A DNA stretch of 64,000 nucleotides, from NCBI RefSeq assembly GCF_009914755.1, contig NC_060936.1, one strand, 5' to 3'. Of this stretch, positions 1 to 18,793 are shown piece by piece. The notes below the pieces were generated by a model, which did not search any database, was not told the DNA's origin, and saw nothing but the letters and a program-made list of their open reading frames with translations. Both the position numbers and the translations under genes were made by a program. This stretch comes from the human T2T-CHM13v2.0 reference genome, Homo sapiens. The number at the start of each line of letters is the position of its first letter. The stretch's first letter is position 1.

Positions 1-1405
1 CTTGCCCTTGACTGTGAGCCAATTGAGGTCAAGCACTGAGTATTTATTTATTACTTCATCTGCTTATTCAATCATTGAATCAGTACTTATTCAACACATA
101 CTATGTGCTGAGTACTGTGCCAAAAATACAATGGAGCTTGTGACATGCACATCCTCTGTTTCAGACTAGTGAGGGAGACAGAAAACACAGTACCCTCCCC
201 GCAAAAAAAAATGTGAAAAAGAAAGAAAACAGGTGCTGAGATAATGAAATGGGATGACCACCGTACCATAAACAGGATCAGGAAGCAGTTTCCTTGAGGA
301 TGTGGTATGTAAGTTAAGACCCAGAAAAGGAGAAACTAGCTTTAGAAAAGTGCATATTAACTGCTCAATGACTGATTGAATGAATGAATCCAAATGGGAG
401 GTCCTTGTAGTCCACTGAGTTCAATTTAAAATACTGTTGAGAGTAAAGTCAGTGAGTGCCTCCCAGGGCAGTGTTGGAGAGGCTTTGCAAGTGCTCTCTG
501 ATCCGTTGGTAATGGCTGCTTGGGGCACTTTTGGGGTGGACTCTGTGGTTGTATCCAAGCTAGTGGGAAAGATTGCCCTGAACAATGAATGAGCTCTGCT
601 ATGGGTGTGGAGGTAACAGTGATTTGAGTGCTAGACTCTTTAGATCCAGATGGACTGACTGGCAGGAGGAAGCATTTCTCATTTTTCACTTCTAATCTTT
701 CCTTTTTGCTCTCTGATTCTTCTCCCAAATTTCTCTCATTCGTTTCTGCTCCATTAAATCAGCTTATGATATCTTCACGCTTATTTTAAGATTTGCCCAA
801 CTGCATATATGTATAGTCCCAAGTATAATGCAAACACAAACACATATATATGTATGTGTACATATATAAAATATATTCATATATGCAAACATCATATGCA
901 CACTGCACACACAGGTGTATTTCCAATCAGTTCAATCTCACCTTATGTGAACATGAACATCCAATAGCGCTGCCCATTTCCATTTGATACTCAATTACTC
1001 ATTCTAGTCTTGGAGTAAATATTTTACCTTATCTATATATACAACTGCTTTCAGCAGCCTGGTGAGCCTCAGGGAAATAGGATTTAGATTTGAAATATCT
1101 GGATCAAAATCCTAATTTTCCACTTATTGGTAGTAACTTATCCAAGCTTTAACTGTAAAAAATGGATTTAATAGGAATAACAGATACCACACATGCATCA
1201 GAAAAAGTTGGAAGATCAAATAAGACAATGCGTATGAGTACATTTGAAAAACTTCAGATTTAGAAAAGTACTTTTTCATAAATATATTTCAACTTATCTA
1301 CTCCATATTTGCCTCTTTGTCCTTGGTACTCTGATGTGTAAGATCTTAGAAGCAGGGTTCATTTGCTTATTCTAGAAAATTGTTAAGTATAAATTGGTTC
1401 TTCTT

Positions 1406-1704
1406 TTTTTGTATTTTTTCTGAGGCAGGGTCTTGCTCTGTCATCCAGGCTGGAGTACAGCGGTGTGATGATAGCTCACTGAAGCCTCAATCTCCCAGGC
1501 TCGAGTGATCCTCCCACTTCAGCCTCTTGAGTAGCTGGCACCATAGGCACGCATCACCACTCCCAGCTAATTTTCAAACTTTTTTTGTAGAGGCAGGGTT
1601 TCCCTATGTTGCTCAGGCTGGTTTTGAACTCCTGGGCTCAAGCATTCTCCCACCTCGGCCACCCAAAGTGCTGGGATTACAGGCATGAGCCACCACACCT
1701 GGCC
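1406..1704 (-). mobile_element. Alu (AluJ-like) SINE
   Basis: Reverse-complement Alu body ending ...ccacacctggcc with T-tail on the left; TSD taaattggttcttctt (1390-1405) / taaattgcttcttctt (1706-1721). Confidence 0.93.
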
Positions 1705-2370
1705 TTAAATTGCTTCTTCTTAAGTTCATTCTGATACAAATAAATGGGCTCTATACACATTTGTTTTTCCCCTTGGTAACTGAAGAAATAAATTTTAACA
1801 TGATTTGGAAACTTTTTGCTCTGCTGGTTTTCATAGTTAAGTTCCTGACAGGACACCGCAAGAAAAGAAGACTATAGGCCAATATTCCCAATGAACATAG
1901 ATGCAAATACCCCTAGCAAAATGCTAACAAACCAAAATCAGCCGCACATTAAAGAGATCATTCACTGTGATCAAGTGGGATTTATTCCAGGAATGCAAAG
2001 ATTGTTCAACATACATAAATTAAAAAATGTAATATACCATATTAACAAAATGAAGGATGAAAACCACATGATCACCTCAGATGCAGAAAAAGCATTTGAC
2101 ACAATTCAATATTAATTCATGGTTAAAAAAAAAAAACCCTCTCAAAAATAGGCATAAAAGGAATGTACCTCGACATAAGAAAGGCCGTACATGACAAGCC
2201 CATAGCTAACATCATACTCAGTGATGAAAAGTCAAAAGCTTCTCCTTTAAGATCAGGAGTAAGACAAGAATGCCCATTCTCACCATTTGTATTCAATATC
2301 ATACCAAAAGTCCTCTCCAGAGCAATTAGGTAAGAAAAAGAAAGACATTCATACAGAAAAGGAAGAAATG

Positions 2371-3574
<1,204 letters not shown>

Positions 3575-3867
3575 AGTAGAATTGTCTCTGTTTGCTGATG
3601 ACATTATCTTATATATAGAAAACCCTGAAGACTGTTAAAAAAACTGTTAACACTGATAAACAAATTCAATAAAGTTGCAGGTTGCAAAATTAACCTACAA
3701 AAGCCAGTAGCATTTCTATACACTAATAACAAATCATCTGGAAAAGAAATTAAGAAAACTCCTTTATGATAGCTTAAACAAATAAAATACTTAGGAGTAA
3801 ATTCAATCAAGGAACTAAAAGATCTGTACACTGAAAACTAAAAAACATTAATGAGAAAAAAGAAAGA

Positions 3868-4775
3868 GGGGGGGAGGAGCCAAGATGGCCGAATAGGAAC
3901 AGCTCCGGTCTACAGCTCCCAGCGTGAGCGACGCAGAAGACCGATGATTTCTGCATTTCCATCTGAGGTACCGGGTTCATCTCAGTAGGGAGTGCCAGAC
4001 AGTGGGCGCAGGCCAGTGGGTGCGCGCACCGTGCGCGAGCCGAAGCAGGGCGAGGCATTGCCTCACCTGGGAAGCGCAAGGGGTCAGGGAGTTCCCTTTC
4101 CAACTCAAAGAAAGGGGTGACGGACGCACCTGGACAATCGGGTCACTCCCACCCGAATATTGCGCTTTTCAGACCGGCTTAAAAAACGGCGCACCACGAG
4201 ACTATATCCCACACCTGGCTCGGAGGGTCCTACGCCCATGGAATCTCGCTGATTGCTAGCACAGCAGTCTGAGATCAAACTGCAAGGCGGCAGCGAGGCT
4301 GGGGGAGGGGCGCCCGCCATTGCCCAGGCTTGCTTAGGTAAACAAAGCAGCTGGGAAGCTCGAACTGGGTGGAGCCCACCACAGCTCAAGGAGGCCTGCC
4401 TGCCTCTGTAGGCTTCACCTCTGGGGGCAGGGCACAGACAAACAAAAAGACAGCAGTAACCCCTGCAGACTTAAATGTCCCTGTCTGACAGCTTTGAAGA
4501 GAGCAGTGGTTCTCTCAGAACGCAGCTGGAGATCTGAGAACGGGCAGACTGCCTCCTCAAGTGGGTCCCTGACCCCTGACCCCCGAGCAGCCTAACTGGG
4601 AGGCACCCCCCAGCAGGGGCACACTGACACCTCACACGGCAGGGTATTCCAACAGACCTGCAGCTGAGGGTCCTGTCTGTTAGAAGGAAAACTAACAAAC
4701 AGAAAGGACATCCACACCAAAAACCCATCTGTACATCACCATCATCAAAGACCAAAAGTAGATAAAACCACAAAG
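3868..4775 (+). promoter_or_regulatory. L1 5'UTR: CpG-rich sense promoter and antisense promoter, with YY1 site caagatggcc at 3881-3890
   Basis: High CpG density ~3870-4400; YY1 motif intact; SOX-type aaacaaa near 4340 and 4440. Confidence 0.85.
4105..4320 (-). CDS. ORF0: LINE-1 ORF0 (71 aa, intact)
   Basis: ATG at 4320-4318; MAGAPPPASLPPCSLISDCC...RCVRHPFL-stop is the primate L1 ORF0 peptide. The ORF track extends it upstream from a non-ATG start. Confidence 0.85.
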   Translation of the reverse strand: MAGAPPPASLPPCSLISDCCASNQRDSMGVGPSEPGVGYSLVVRRFLSRSEKRNIRVGVTRLSRCVRHPFL

Positions 4776-5792
4776 ATGGGGAAAAAACAGAACAGAAAAA
4801 CTGGAAACTCTAAAACGCAGAGTGCCTCTCCTCCTCCAAAGGAATGCAGTTCCTCACCAGCAACGGAACAAAGCTGGATGGAGAATGACTTTGACGAGCT
4901 GAGAGAAGAAGGCTTCAGACGATCAAATTACTCTGAGCTACGGGAGGACATTCAAACCAAAGGCAAAGAAGTTGAAAACTTTGAAAAAAATTTAGCAGAA
5001 TGTATAACTAGAATAACCAATACAGAGAAGTGCTTAAAGGAGCTGATGGAGCTGAAAACCAAGGCTCGAGAACTACATGAAGAATGCAGAAGCCTCAGGA
5101 GCTGATTCGATCAACTGGAAGAAAGGGTATCAGCAATGGAAGATGAAATTAATGAAATGAAGCAAGAAGGGAAGTTTAGAGAAAAAAGAATAAAAAGAAA
5201 TGAACAAAGCCTCCAAGAAATATGGGACTATGTGAAAAGACCAAATCTACGTCTGATTGGTGTACCTGAAAGTGATGGTGAGAATGGAACCAAGTTGGAA
5301 AACACTCTGCAGGATATTATCCAGGAGAACTTCCCCAATCTAGCAAGGCAGGCCAACGTTCAGATTCAGGAAATACAGAGAACGCCACAAAGGTACTCCT
5401 CGAGAAGAGCAACTCCAAGACACATAATTGTCAGATTCACCAAAGTTGAAATGAAGGAAAAAATGTTAAGGGCAGCCAGAGAGAAAGGTTGGGTTACCCT
5501 CAAAGGGAAGCCCATCAGACTAACAGCGGATCTCTCGGCAGAAACCCTACAAGCCAGAAGAGAGTGGGGGCCAATATTCAACATTCTTAAAGAAAAGAAT
5601 TTTCAACCCAGAATTTCATATCCAGCCAAACTAAGCTTCATAAGTGAAGGAGAAATAAAATACTTTACAGACAAGCAAATGCTGAGAGATTTTGTCACCA
5701 TCAGACCTGCCCTAAAAGAGCTCCTGAAGGAAGCGCTAAACATGGAAAGGAACAACTGGTACCAGCCGCTGCAAAATCATGCCAAAATGTAA
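4776..5792 (+). pseudogene. ORF1: L1 ORF1p (338 codons) with a single nonsense codon (R110*, TGA at 5103-5105)
   Basis: MGKKQNRKTGNSK... and ...YQPLQNHAKM are in the same frame over 1017 nt; CGA>TGA CpG transition. Confidence 0.95.
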
Positions 5793-5855
5793 AGACCATC
5801 GAGACTAGGAAGAAACTGCATCAACTAACGAGCAAAATCACCAGCTAACATCATA

Positions 5856-9678
<3,823 letters not shown>

Positions 9679-10429
9679 ACAATGAGATCACATGGACACA
9701 GGAAGGGGAATATCACACTCTGGGGACTGTGGTGGGGTGGGGGGAGTAGGGAGGGATAGCACTGGGAGATATACCTAATGCTAGATGACGAGTTAGTGGG
9801 TGCAGCGCACCAGCATGGCACATGTATACATATGTAACTAACCTGCACAATGTGCACATGTACCCTAAAACTTAAAGTATAATAAAAAAAAAAAGAAAGA
9901 AAACACAAATAAATGGAAAAATATCTCATGTTCATGGATTAGAATAAATAACATGGTTAAAATGTCCATACTACCCAAAGCAATCTTCACATTCAATGTA
10001 ATTCATATCAAATTCTAATGTCATTTTCCACAGAAATTAGAAATGCAATCCTAAAGTTTCATTAGAGTAGAATATCTCTCATGCTAGGTCTCTTTTACAG
10101 AATCTAATATTTTCATGTAAAGAAGAGATAGCTTTTTTCATTTAAAGGCTACTGTTAATTCAATGGAAATTAAATACTTCAAAGTCATGTCTTGTTTCCC
10201 AGGGGAACAGGCTCAGGGAGGGAATGACTTAAACTTTCTGATTGAAAAATTGTTAGCTGTAAAGAAGTCGTATCAACCAATTTGAGAAATGTAATGTGAG
10301 ACTGACCCTCCTTAGTGTAGGTTAGAAACACAAGCAGGGACTTTGAAGTGAAAGAGAACTGGTTCCAGTTTTGGCTCCCACAACCCAGTAGCTGTGTTAC
10401 ATGGGAAAGTTACACAACCTCTCTGAGTC

Positions 10430-11250
10430 TCACAGCACAGAGCCAAGCTCTCTTCTAGGCACTAGAGATACAGCAATGAAAATAACAGATAAGATTTCTG
10501 TCCTGATGGACTCTACATTCTGGGCAGAAAGTGGCAGGTGGTGGTGGTATCTGGGTGAGAACAGTAAACATTAAATAGATAAATTAATACAATCATCCTT
10601 AGTATGAAAGGACAATTGGTTCAAGAACCCCCATAGATACCAAAATCCACAGATGCTCAAGCTCCTTACATAAAATGGCATAGTGCTTGTATGTAGGCTG
10701 TGTACATCCTTCCATATACTTTAAACCATCTCTAGATTACTTATAATACCTAATGTAATTTAAGTGCTATATAAATAGCTGTTATGCTGTGTTTAAATTT
10801 GTAGTTTTTATTGTTGTATTGTTACTTTTTATTTATTTTTTTGAATATTTTCTGTCCATGCTTAGTTGAATCTGTTAATACGGAACCCATGGATACGGAG
10901 GCTTTACTGTGTTAGTGTGTTCTACGAAGAAAAATAGAAGAGAGCAAAAAAAAAAAAGAGAGTAGGAGTGTGGTTGCTACTTCATACAAGGTGCCCAGGG
11001 AAAGCCTGTCTAAGAAGATGGTATTTGAGCAAAGACCTGAAGGAAATGAGGGAGTGAGCTGTCATGTGGATATAGGGGAAGATATTCAGGCAGAGAGACC
11101 CCTAAGTGCCAAAGTCCGAGGCTAGAATATGGGCTTGGTATGTCCAAAGAATAGCAGACCATTGTAATTAGAGTGGAGTGAGAGAGGGGAGTAGTGACAG
11201 GAAATATTTTGGAAGAGTAAAAGTAAAAATACTGTAAAGTGCCTAGAGTA
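10430..11250 (-). mobile_element. L2 remnant (split by MER2)
   Basis: ctaggcactagagatacagcaatgaa...; atttgagcaaagacctgaaggaaatgagggagtgagc is typical antisense L2. Confidence 0.65.
10590..10909 (+). mobile_element. MER2 (TcMar-Tigger) DNA transposon inside an L2 remnant
   Basis: gataccaaaatccacagatgctcaag, tacttta aaccatctctagattacttataatacctaat and terminal ggatacggaggctttactg match MER2; TA at the left flank. Confidence 0.8.
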
Positions 11251-12439
11251 GCATGTGGAACGCAGTCATCATTTAATACACTTTTATTGTTTTCCCTTTT
11301 AGAAGCCAATCAGATACTATATGGTTTCTGTTAAATTACTCCCTTTTTCTTTCCTGTGGTGTCAACATCTCCATCTCCACTGGCTAATTCCTAATACTTA
11401 AACTTGCCCAAGGTTCTCCCATTTTAAAACAAAAATACCTCCCTCAATTAGTCATGAATTTATTCCCCCATCTTATTTTCACTGCAAAGCTTCCAAATAA
11501 TTAGTTTATATTTGCTATATCTACTTTAAGAAAATATTCTTCAATGTATTACAGCTTAACTTTTGTCCCTGCCACACTATTGAAACTATTATCACCAAGA
11601 TCACTAAAGACCTCCATATTGCTGTGTCCAATGGACCATTTTGGTATTTACTATACTTAGTCTCTCTCTGCTATTCACCATGGGTGATTTCTCTTTCTTA
11701 CATCACTGTTACACTTTGCTTATTTGACCATCTTACGTATTTTCTCCCAGCTCACTGGCCATTGTTTCTCAGTCTCTTTTGTGGCTCCTCTTCCCTGCTC
11801 AACTCTTGAAAGTCAGGGTATTTGGGAGCTCCAGCCTCAGTCCTTTGCTCTTCCTTAGGAGGCCTTGCCCACACCAGCTGCTCTAACCACTATTTTAATC
11901 ACTACTTTAACCACTACTTTAATGTGGATATCATTTTAAAATATCCAATTCTAACCAGAATCTTACTTTCTCCTTCAGAAGTTCTTAAAGTACCTTATAT
12001 TAATTAAAGTGGGGTAACTTCTCAAACAATCATATCTCAATTTCCAGTGGATTAGCAGAGTAGAAGTTATTTTGTTCTCACAAACAGTCTATAGCCATTC
12101 CAGGATTGGCAGCAATGAATGATCAGAGTTGTGGGGCTCTGCTCATCACAGTCTACTACATATCTAGGCTGCCAGAAGCTCTTCCGTCTGCAACAGGTGA
12201 TCACTCAGGACATGGACACCACCAGCTAGTAGAAGGGAAAGAGAATGGGAGATGGTATGTGGAATCTTCTGTCTGGAAGTGGTACACCTTACTTTTACTC
12301 ACATTCTATTGCTTAGAACTCAGTCATATGGCAACATTAACTGAAACGAAGGCTGGGAAATGAAGCCTGTCTCTGTGACTAGGAGAAACCTTGTATGAAC
12401 CTTGTATGAAAAGGGCAGAATGAAAGCAGTCTGAACTAA

Positions 12440-13590
12440 TACATGATAGAGTTCACAGCCAGAATATAACCAATTTAACTTCCTGCTAAAACAAAAAGAT
12501 AAGTACTCTTTAAGGAATCCAACACAATTCAGAGTCTTCACAACATAAAATTTGCAATAACCAGGATAAAATCAAACAACTTCTCAACATTCAACAAGCC
12601 ATGAAAATGTGACCCAATTTCAAGGGGAAAAGAAATAAACAGATACCAATCCCAAGATAATCCATACACTGGAATGATCAAACAAGGACATTAAGGCTGC
12701 TTTTTTATAATTATGCTCAATGAAGTAAAGGAAAAATGCACTGGAAACAAATGAAACAATAGGAAATCTCATCAGACAGTCAACATAAAAAAAATGAAAA
12801 TTTTATAACTGAAAAACTCACTATCTGAAATAAGTGTTTGCTGGATGGGCTTACGAACAAAATGGAGATAATAAAGGAAAGAGTCAGTAACTTAAAGATA
12901 GATCAATAAAAATCATCTACTTTGAGTCAGGGAAGAAAAAACAAGTAAGGATGAATAAATAAAAATTCAGAGATCCATGGGATAATATCAATAAATCTTA
13001 AATATGGATAATTATAATTCCAGAAGAGAAAAGGGGGAATGGGACAGAAACAAATACTTGAAATAATGGCTGTGTGCTTCCCAAGTTTGGTGAAAGACAT
13101 AAATTTGTGAATTCAAGAGGCTCAGCAAACCCAAAGAGGATAAATAAAAAAAATCACATCTAGATACATGATGGCCAAATTATAGAAAATCACAAACAAA
13201 GAGAAAATCTTGAAAGCAGTCAAAGAAAAGGCACATTACATATGTGAGAAAATATTTCAATTGAAGTTAGGAGTCATTTGACGGCTGACTTCTTATCAAA
13301 AACCACGAGAGCCAGAAGACAATGGAATAACATTTTTAATGTGTGAAAAGGAAAAAAAAAGTTAATGCAGAGTTCTATACCTAGCAAAATTTATCCTTAA
13401 ATAATATAAACAGAATAATGACATTTTCAGAGAAAGATAAGCTAAGCACATTTATTGCCATCAGACCTGCATGACAAGATGGGCTAAATGAAATTCGTTA
13501 GTCTGAAGGAAAATGATATACAGAAAGAAAAAGAGGATACACGCATCTTTAGGAATAAATAAAAAGCACTAGAAATGGTAACTCTCTTGG
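12440..13590 (+). mobile_element. Ancient L1M 5'/ORF1 remnant
   Basis: A-rich; ttcccaagtttggtgaaagacataaat..caagaggctcagcaaaccc and aaaatcttgaaagcag resemble degenerate ORF1. Confidence 0.7.
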
Positions 13591-14671
13591 TTGCTATATG
13601 ATTTAAATTCACAATAGCCCAATGGAGCAGTCAATAACAGTAACATTTACACATGATGAAAACATACCAGAGAGAGGTTTTAAGACTTAACCAGGCCACA
13701 GACATAGAGGTAGCAGACCCTGTATTTGAAAGATCATTATTTCTTTATTTGTTTCACTGTATAAACTTGCATCTCAAAAGCAGTTTTTAGAAAGGGAAGC
13801 AGAAGATTTCAAAGAGAAGCCACCCCTTACTCTCTCTTCTCTCTCCTGGTTAGAAGCAATGAAAATAGGGTTTTAGGAAAGAGAGTAGAGTGATAAATGC
13901 AGGGGAATTAATGGAGCACTTTCTGTGGAATGACAGTTTTTGCCTTCCATGTTTCTAGGAGTCTTGTTCAGCTTGGATTTGGTGCAAGTATTTATTGGGC
14001 ACCTACTATGTTTTGTGCACTGGACTGGAAGCTGGGGAGACTGAGATGAATAAAGCATGGTCCTTGTATTAATGAGCACATGGCATTAACCTGGATTGTC
14101 TTGTGCAACCCTACATAAAAAGGCCAGTGGGCTGATGGAGCTTGCTGTATCCCAACACTCTGGAGAAGCTGCTGGCTTTGATTCAAGACGCTTGCTGTCT
14201 AATTTGTCACTCACTTTTAAGCACCATGGGCAATCTGCCCTAGTCAATTCTCCTTCCCACCATCTATTTGGCTAGACTGTACTAATTCTCTGTGTGACAA
14301 TATTACTGCTTCCTTAAAGTTAATCTCTAATCTTAAAACTAAACCTGAATGTACCCTTAACCCAAATTCTTAACCCTGTTTCTATCCTTATTTCTAACCT
14401 TTACCCCACTCTAGCTGTAACCCTAACACTCACTCATTCTGCCAATCTATATCCTCTTTGTTCTTTAAGGGCAAAATCCTACCTCACTTCATCCAAGCAG
14501 GCTTCTTTGATTTCCTCAGCCCCAGAGCACTTGGGACCCACAAAGTATGGTATTTCCTAGAAAATGTACTGCACCAATGCTTTCTTTTCTCCTTCTTTAT
14601 CTCTGCCTCCTTTCTTATGACAGCTCACATGTTCACATGTACTGATGGCCTACTGTATTTTGAGTACCACA

Positions 14672-14996
14672 CTTATTTATTTATTTATTTATTTATTATT
14701 TATTTTTTTTTTTGAGACAGGGTCTGTTGCCCAGGCTGGAGTACAGTGGTGCGATCTTGGCTCACTGCAATCTCTGCCTCCCAAGCTCAAAGAATCCTTT
14801 CACTTCAGCCTCCCAAGTAACTAGGACTACAGGCATGTGCCACCACAGCCGGCTAATTTTTTGTATTTTTATTTTTTGTAGAGACAGAGTTTTGCCATGT
14901 TGTCCAGGCTGTTCTTCAACTCCTGGGCTAAAACAGTCCATCTGCCCTGGCCTCCCAAACTGCTGGGATTATAAGCTTGCGCCACTATGCCTGGTC
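14672..14996 (-). mobile_element. Alu (AluJ-like) with (TTTA)n tail
   Basis: Diverged Alu body on minus strand. Confidence 0.9.
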
Positions 14997-15249
14997 AACA
15001 TTTTAAAATGCAATCATTGCAAGTTCATATTGTTGTCCTTATTTCACAAATGAGGAAACCAAGGTTACTGAGATTCAGTCTCTTGCCCAGCATGCCAGCT
15101 ATCTCCAGAGCCCATTAGGCAGTACTCTCTCCCATAGCATTTTACTGTCTCCCAGATCCTTTCGTGAATCTGGTGCAAGATAAAGAGTCATTCTCAGGAA
15201 AAATTCACACATGCATTTAAACATAAAACTTCATTCAAATTTAGGGGTT

Positions 15250-15604
15250 TTTATTAGTTTGTTTTCACACTGCTGATAAAGACATATCTGAGACTGGGTA
15301 AAGAAAAAGAAGTTTAATGGACTCACAGTTCCATGTGGCTGAGGAGGCCTCACAATCATGATTGAAGGCAAAAGACGTGTTTTACATGGCAGCAGGCAAG
15401 AGAGAATGAGAGCCAAGCAAAAGGGGAAGCCCCTTATAAAACCATCAGATCTCCTGAGACTTATTTACTACCACAAGAACAGTCTGGGGGAAATAGTCCC
15501 CATGATTCAATTATTTCCCACTGTGTCCCTTCCATAACATGTGGGAATTATGAGAGCTACAATTCAAGGTGCAATTTGGGTGGGGACACAGCCAAACCAC
15601 AACA
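15250..15604 (-). mobile_element. THE1B/C MaLR solo LTR
   Basis: ctgctgataaagacata..gactcacagttcc..gggtggggacacagccaaacc; 5-bp TSD gggtt/gggtg. Confidence 0.88.
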
Positions 15605-18600
15605 GGGTGCATAAGCCACAATACTCATTTGTTCCTATTCTAACAGTCTCTGAAGGCCCAATGAAGACTCCCTGCCTTATTGTGTCTCTCTTATACTGTC
15701 ATACCTTACAGGCCTGGGTCCTATCTTGGTCATGTCTTGTGTCTGCTCAGAACAATAATTGTTCAGTTTCCAGTAAATATGCTGATTGGCTAAACTAAGG
15801 GAGTTTGTTTGGTATTCCTATGGTGGGTCTGCTTAGAAGCAAAAATGTAGCTGATCAACAGTTTGAAGGTATTTGTAAAACTGAAATCAACTGAATCAGG
15901 CTCAGCTATTGCAGCCAAAACTCTAATCAAGAATGCAAAGTTCAGTGGTGCCTTGTACCCCATGCTCGTCAAGTTCGCTCATGCAGGCATGTGCATGCAC
16001 ATTCACATGTAGCCCCTCTTAGCTCTAGCACAAGAAATGGAGGCAGATCCCTGAGTGCTCCAAACACCTGAGGGGAGAAATGAAAACCCATTTTTCATGC
16101 AATAGGTAAGTTGCATAATAGACAACTGAAACTGAAAATAAAATTTTGCAAACTTTAAGAAGTATATTAGTCTGGGCAGAGAGTCAAAATCACTAAATTT
16201 TCCTACAGATGTGTTTTGAGCCTCATTCTTGAAGTCTTGGGCTCTGATACATGCTGGCCTCCATAGTGGGTGAAAGAGTCATTAATTTAGTTTTCACAAT
16301 GAAGATAAGGGCTTGCAAGATGTTATTTTTGCACTGGGCACATTTCAAGGGTATTGGCCTCATTGTCTTCAAAATGTAGCTGGTGCCCTCCACTTGCCCT
16401 CAACCCATCTGAAAATGTATGTGTATGCATGGCTGAGGAGCTCTGGTACCTTGCAAATTACCCATTCAGACTGTCAAGCATCCTTTGTTTGGAAGGAAAA
16501 GAGATGTGACAAATGTAAACACTGGAGAATGGGACCAGCTACAGAGGATGGATGCCCTGTCAAACCTGATCAAAGCTGATGGTGCATTCCTTTGCTGTTA
16601 GCTGGCTGCTCTCCCCGACCAGCTCCCTCTAGCCCACTTTTCCTCTGTTATATTCTTTGATTCTAATGCCTTAGGGATGATCTGGAGCAAGGTTCTGATT
16701 AGTACAAAACTCCCCACCTTATGTTTTTGTTTGTATCCATTTTCTCTAGTTTGGTGCCAGGCCACAAGATACAAACACTGATCACATTAGATGAGGGTTG
16801 CTGATTTCCTAGGGCATAAGGCAAAGAGGTTTCCTTTCTGTCACCCAGAGTGGAAGGGCCATCTGATTCAAATGTTGATGGAGGCTGTGCCTTCAGTTAT
16901 GGAGGTTCTGGTTTCATAAAATTTCCTGAGGCCAAGCTGGAGGTTTAAAGACCCAGGAAGTGGTAAAAGGAAAGGAATAGCCCCTGGCAGACTGTAAAAA
17001 CCAAATCAGGGTCTTACTCTAATCCTATTCCCCAAACGTGGCGGAATTAGCTCCCAGAATGCTTAAAGTTATGCTAAAGTTGCAGCTGGCTGCCTATGGA
17101 TGGTGCCTCTCAGAGTAGTCATCCGGGTTGGAAACCTGGAAGCAGGGGCTGCAGAATATCAGCTGCTAGCTTGAGCCTTCTCTGGCATGTTAGGATATCT
17201 TATTTTTTCCTTCTCCATTTGCACATCTGTTGCCTCAGATAAGCCACAGTATAGAGTATGAGAAGCGTTTATGCGAATATGTTTGACAAGTCAGACAGAT
17301 TTGGGCTTAAGTTTCAGCTCCGTCTTTTCACTCTCAGACAAGGTTGTATTTGGTTGCAAGCAACAGAAAAGTTGACCAGTGATGGCTTAAAGTAAGGGAG
17401 TTACTCGTCTTCCGCAACCAGAAGTCCAGAAGGAGGCAGGCCAGGGCTAGCATAGGGGCTCAAGGATTCCCTTGTGGACCAGCTCCTGCTGGCTTCCTGT
17501 TTTGAATCCTTAGAGAGTTGTCATGGACAAGAATCTAACCCCAAAGATCACTGTGGAATGTAGTTTATTTTCAGGAAAGGATGCAGTGATGGTGAATAAA
17601 CAAGCCAAATCGCTCAGTGCATCTCAGAATTCCCAGGACAGATGCTGTTCTCAGTCTGTGCTGGAAGCTTCCCTAAGTGTGGAAGCAGAGCAGAGCTTCC
17701 GTAGCGGGGAGATCTCTAAAATCCTCTCCCAGGTCTTGTCAGCCTTCAAGCACATACCCAACCAAATAGATGATGTCTTTTGTTTTTGTGTAAGGCTCAC
17801 TTATGTGAGAACGACTCAGCTCTGAGCAGACATTCTAGACCTTACTTTACATTTTTACTACTGCACAGCCTGGTACCTGAGCCAAAGTGGTGATGGATGG
17901 GGGCCATAATGAAGGCAGTAGCAGAAGGATTAGAAAAGAAAGAACATGTAAGCAAGAAACTCTGGGGGGAGAGTGACTGGATCTAGAGGGCCCCAAGTTG
18001 ACAATGCATTCTTGAGTTAGAGGTGCTAGAAGATGGCGAGGCCATTCATCAGAATGAGGAACTCAAGAGGAAGAAACCAGTTATTTGGGATGAAAACTTA
18101 GAAGTTCATTTTGGGACACACATAAGTTGCAGGGTTGAGCAGAGGCATATCCAGGTAGAAATACCCAAGCCTAGAGCTCAAGATGGAAGTCTGGAGCATC
18201 AAATTGCAGTGACCTTTTAATAACATTAAGGAGAGAAGATAGATTTTTCTTTAAAAATGTTTTTTCCCATTAGTTATGGGCACCCATCCTGGGACTGAAT
18301 CCACAAGTTGAAGAGAATAAAGTCTGCAATTATCTGGTGAATATAATCTTTGTGGAGAGCCTGTTGAGAGGAAAACACAAACCTCTGATTCCCCATAACT
18401 GCAGGGGAAGTGGGGAAAGGTGGTTATTTCTGAGTTCATAGGAATAAATAATTCCTCAGGTTATATAAGTTTTAAAAGCTTTTTTACACATCAGCTCATT
18501 TTATGTTCACAAAAACGTCATGAAAGTCAGGGGAGAGCTGCCCCTCTACGGTCACAGATGAGGAAGGAGAGATGCAGGCAATCCCTCTGATGTATCCAGA

Positions 18601-18793
18601 TGCTTTGAGGGCTGAGCACCCGAGCCAGCTGCCCCAGGGCTGTTTCTACCCTGACTGCAGGGAGTGGCTGCCAGGTCTTTAGCCCCTCCCTCACTACAAT
18701 ACTGCCTCCACTCTTCAATGACTTCACAGTGAATTAGGAATTAGACAAATGGTTCTCATAGTTCACTTGGGGATATTGTAAGATGCAGATTCT

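Noticed and set aside
9721-9756. G-quadruplex-forming G-tract
   Set aside because: Standard feature of young L1 3'UTRs; not locus-specific.
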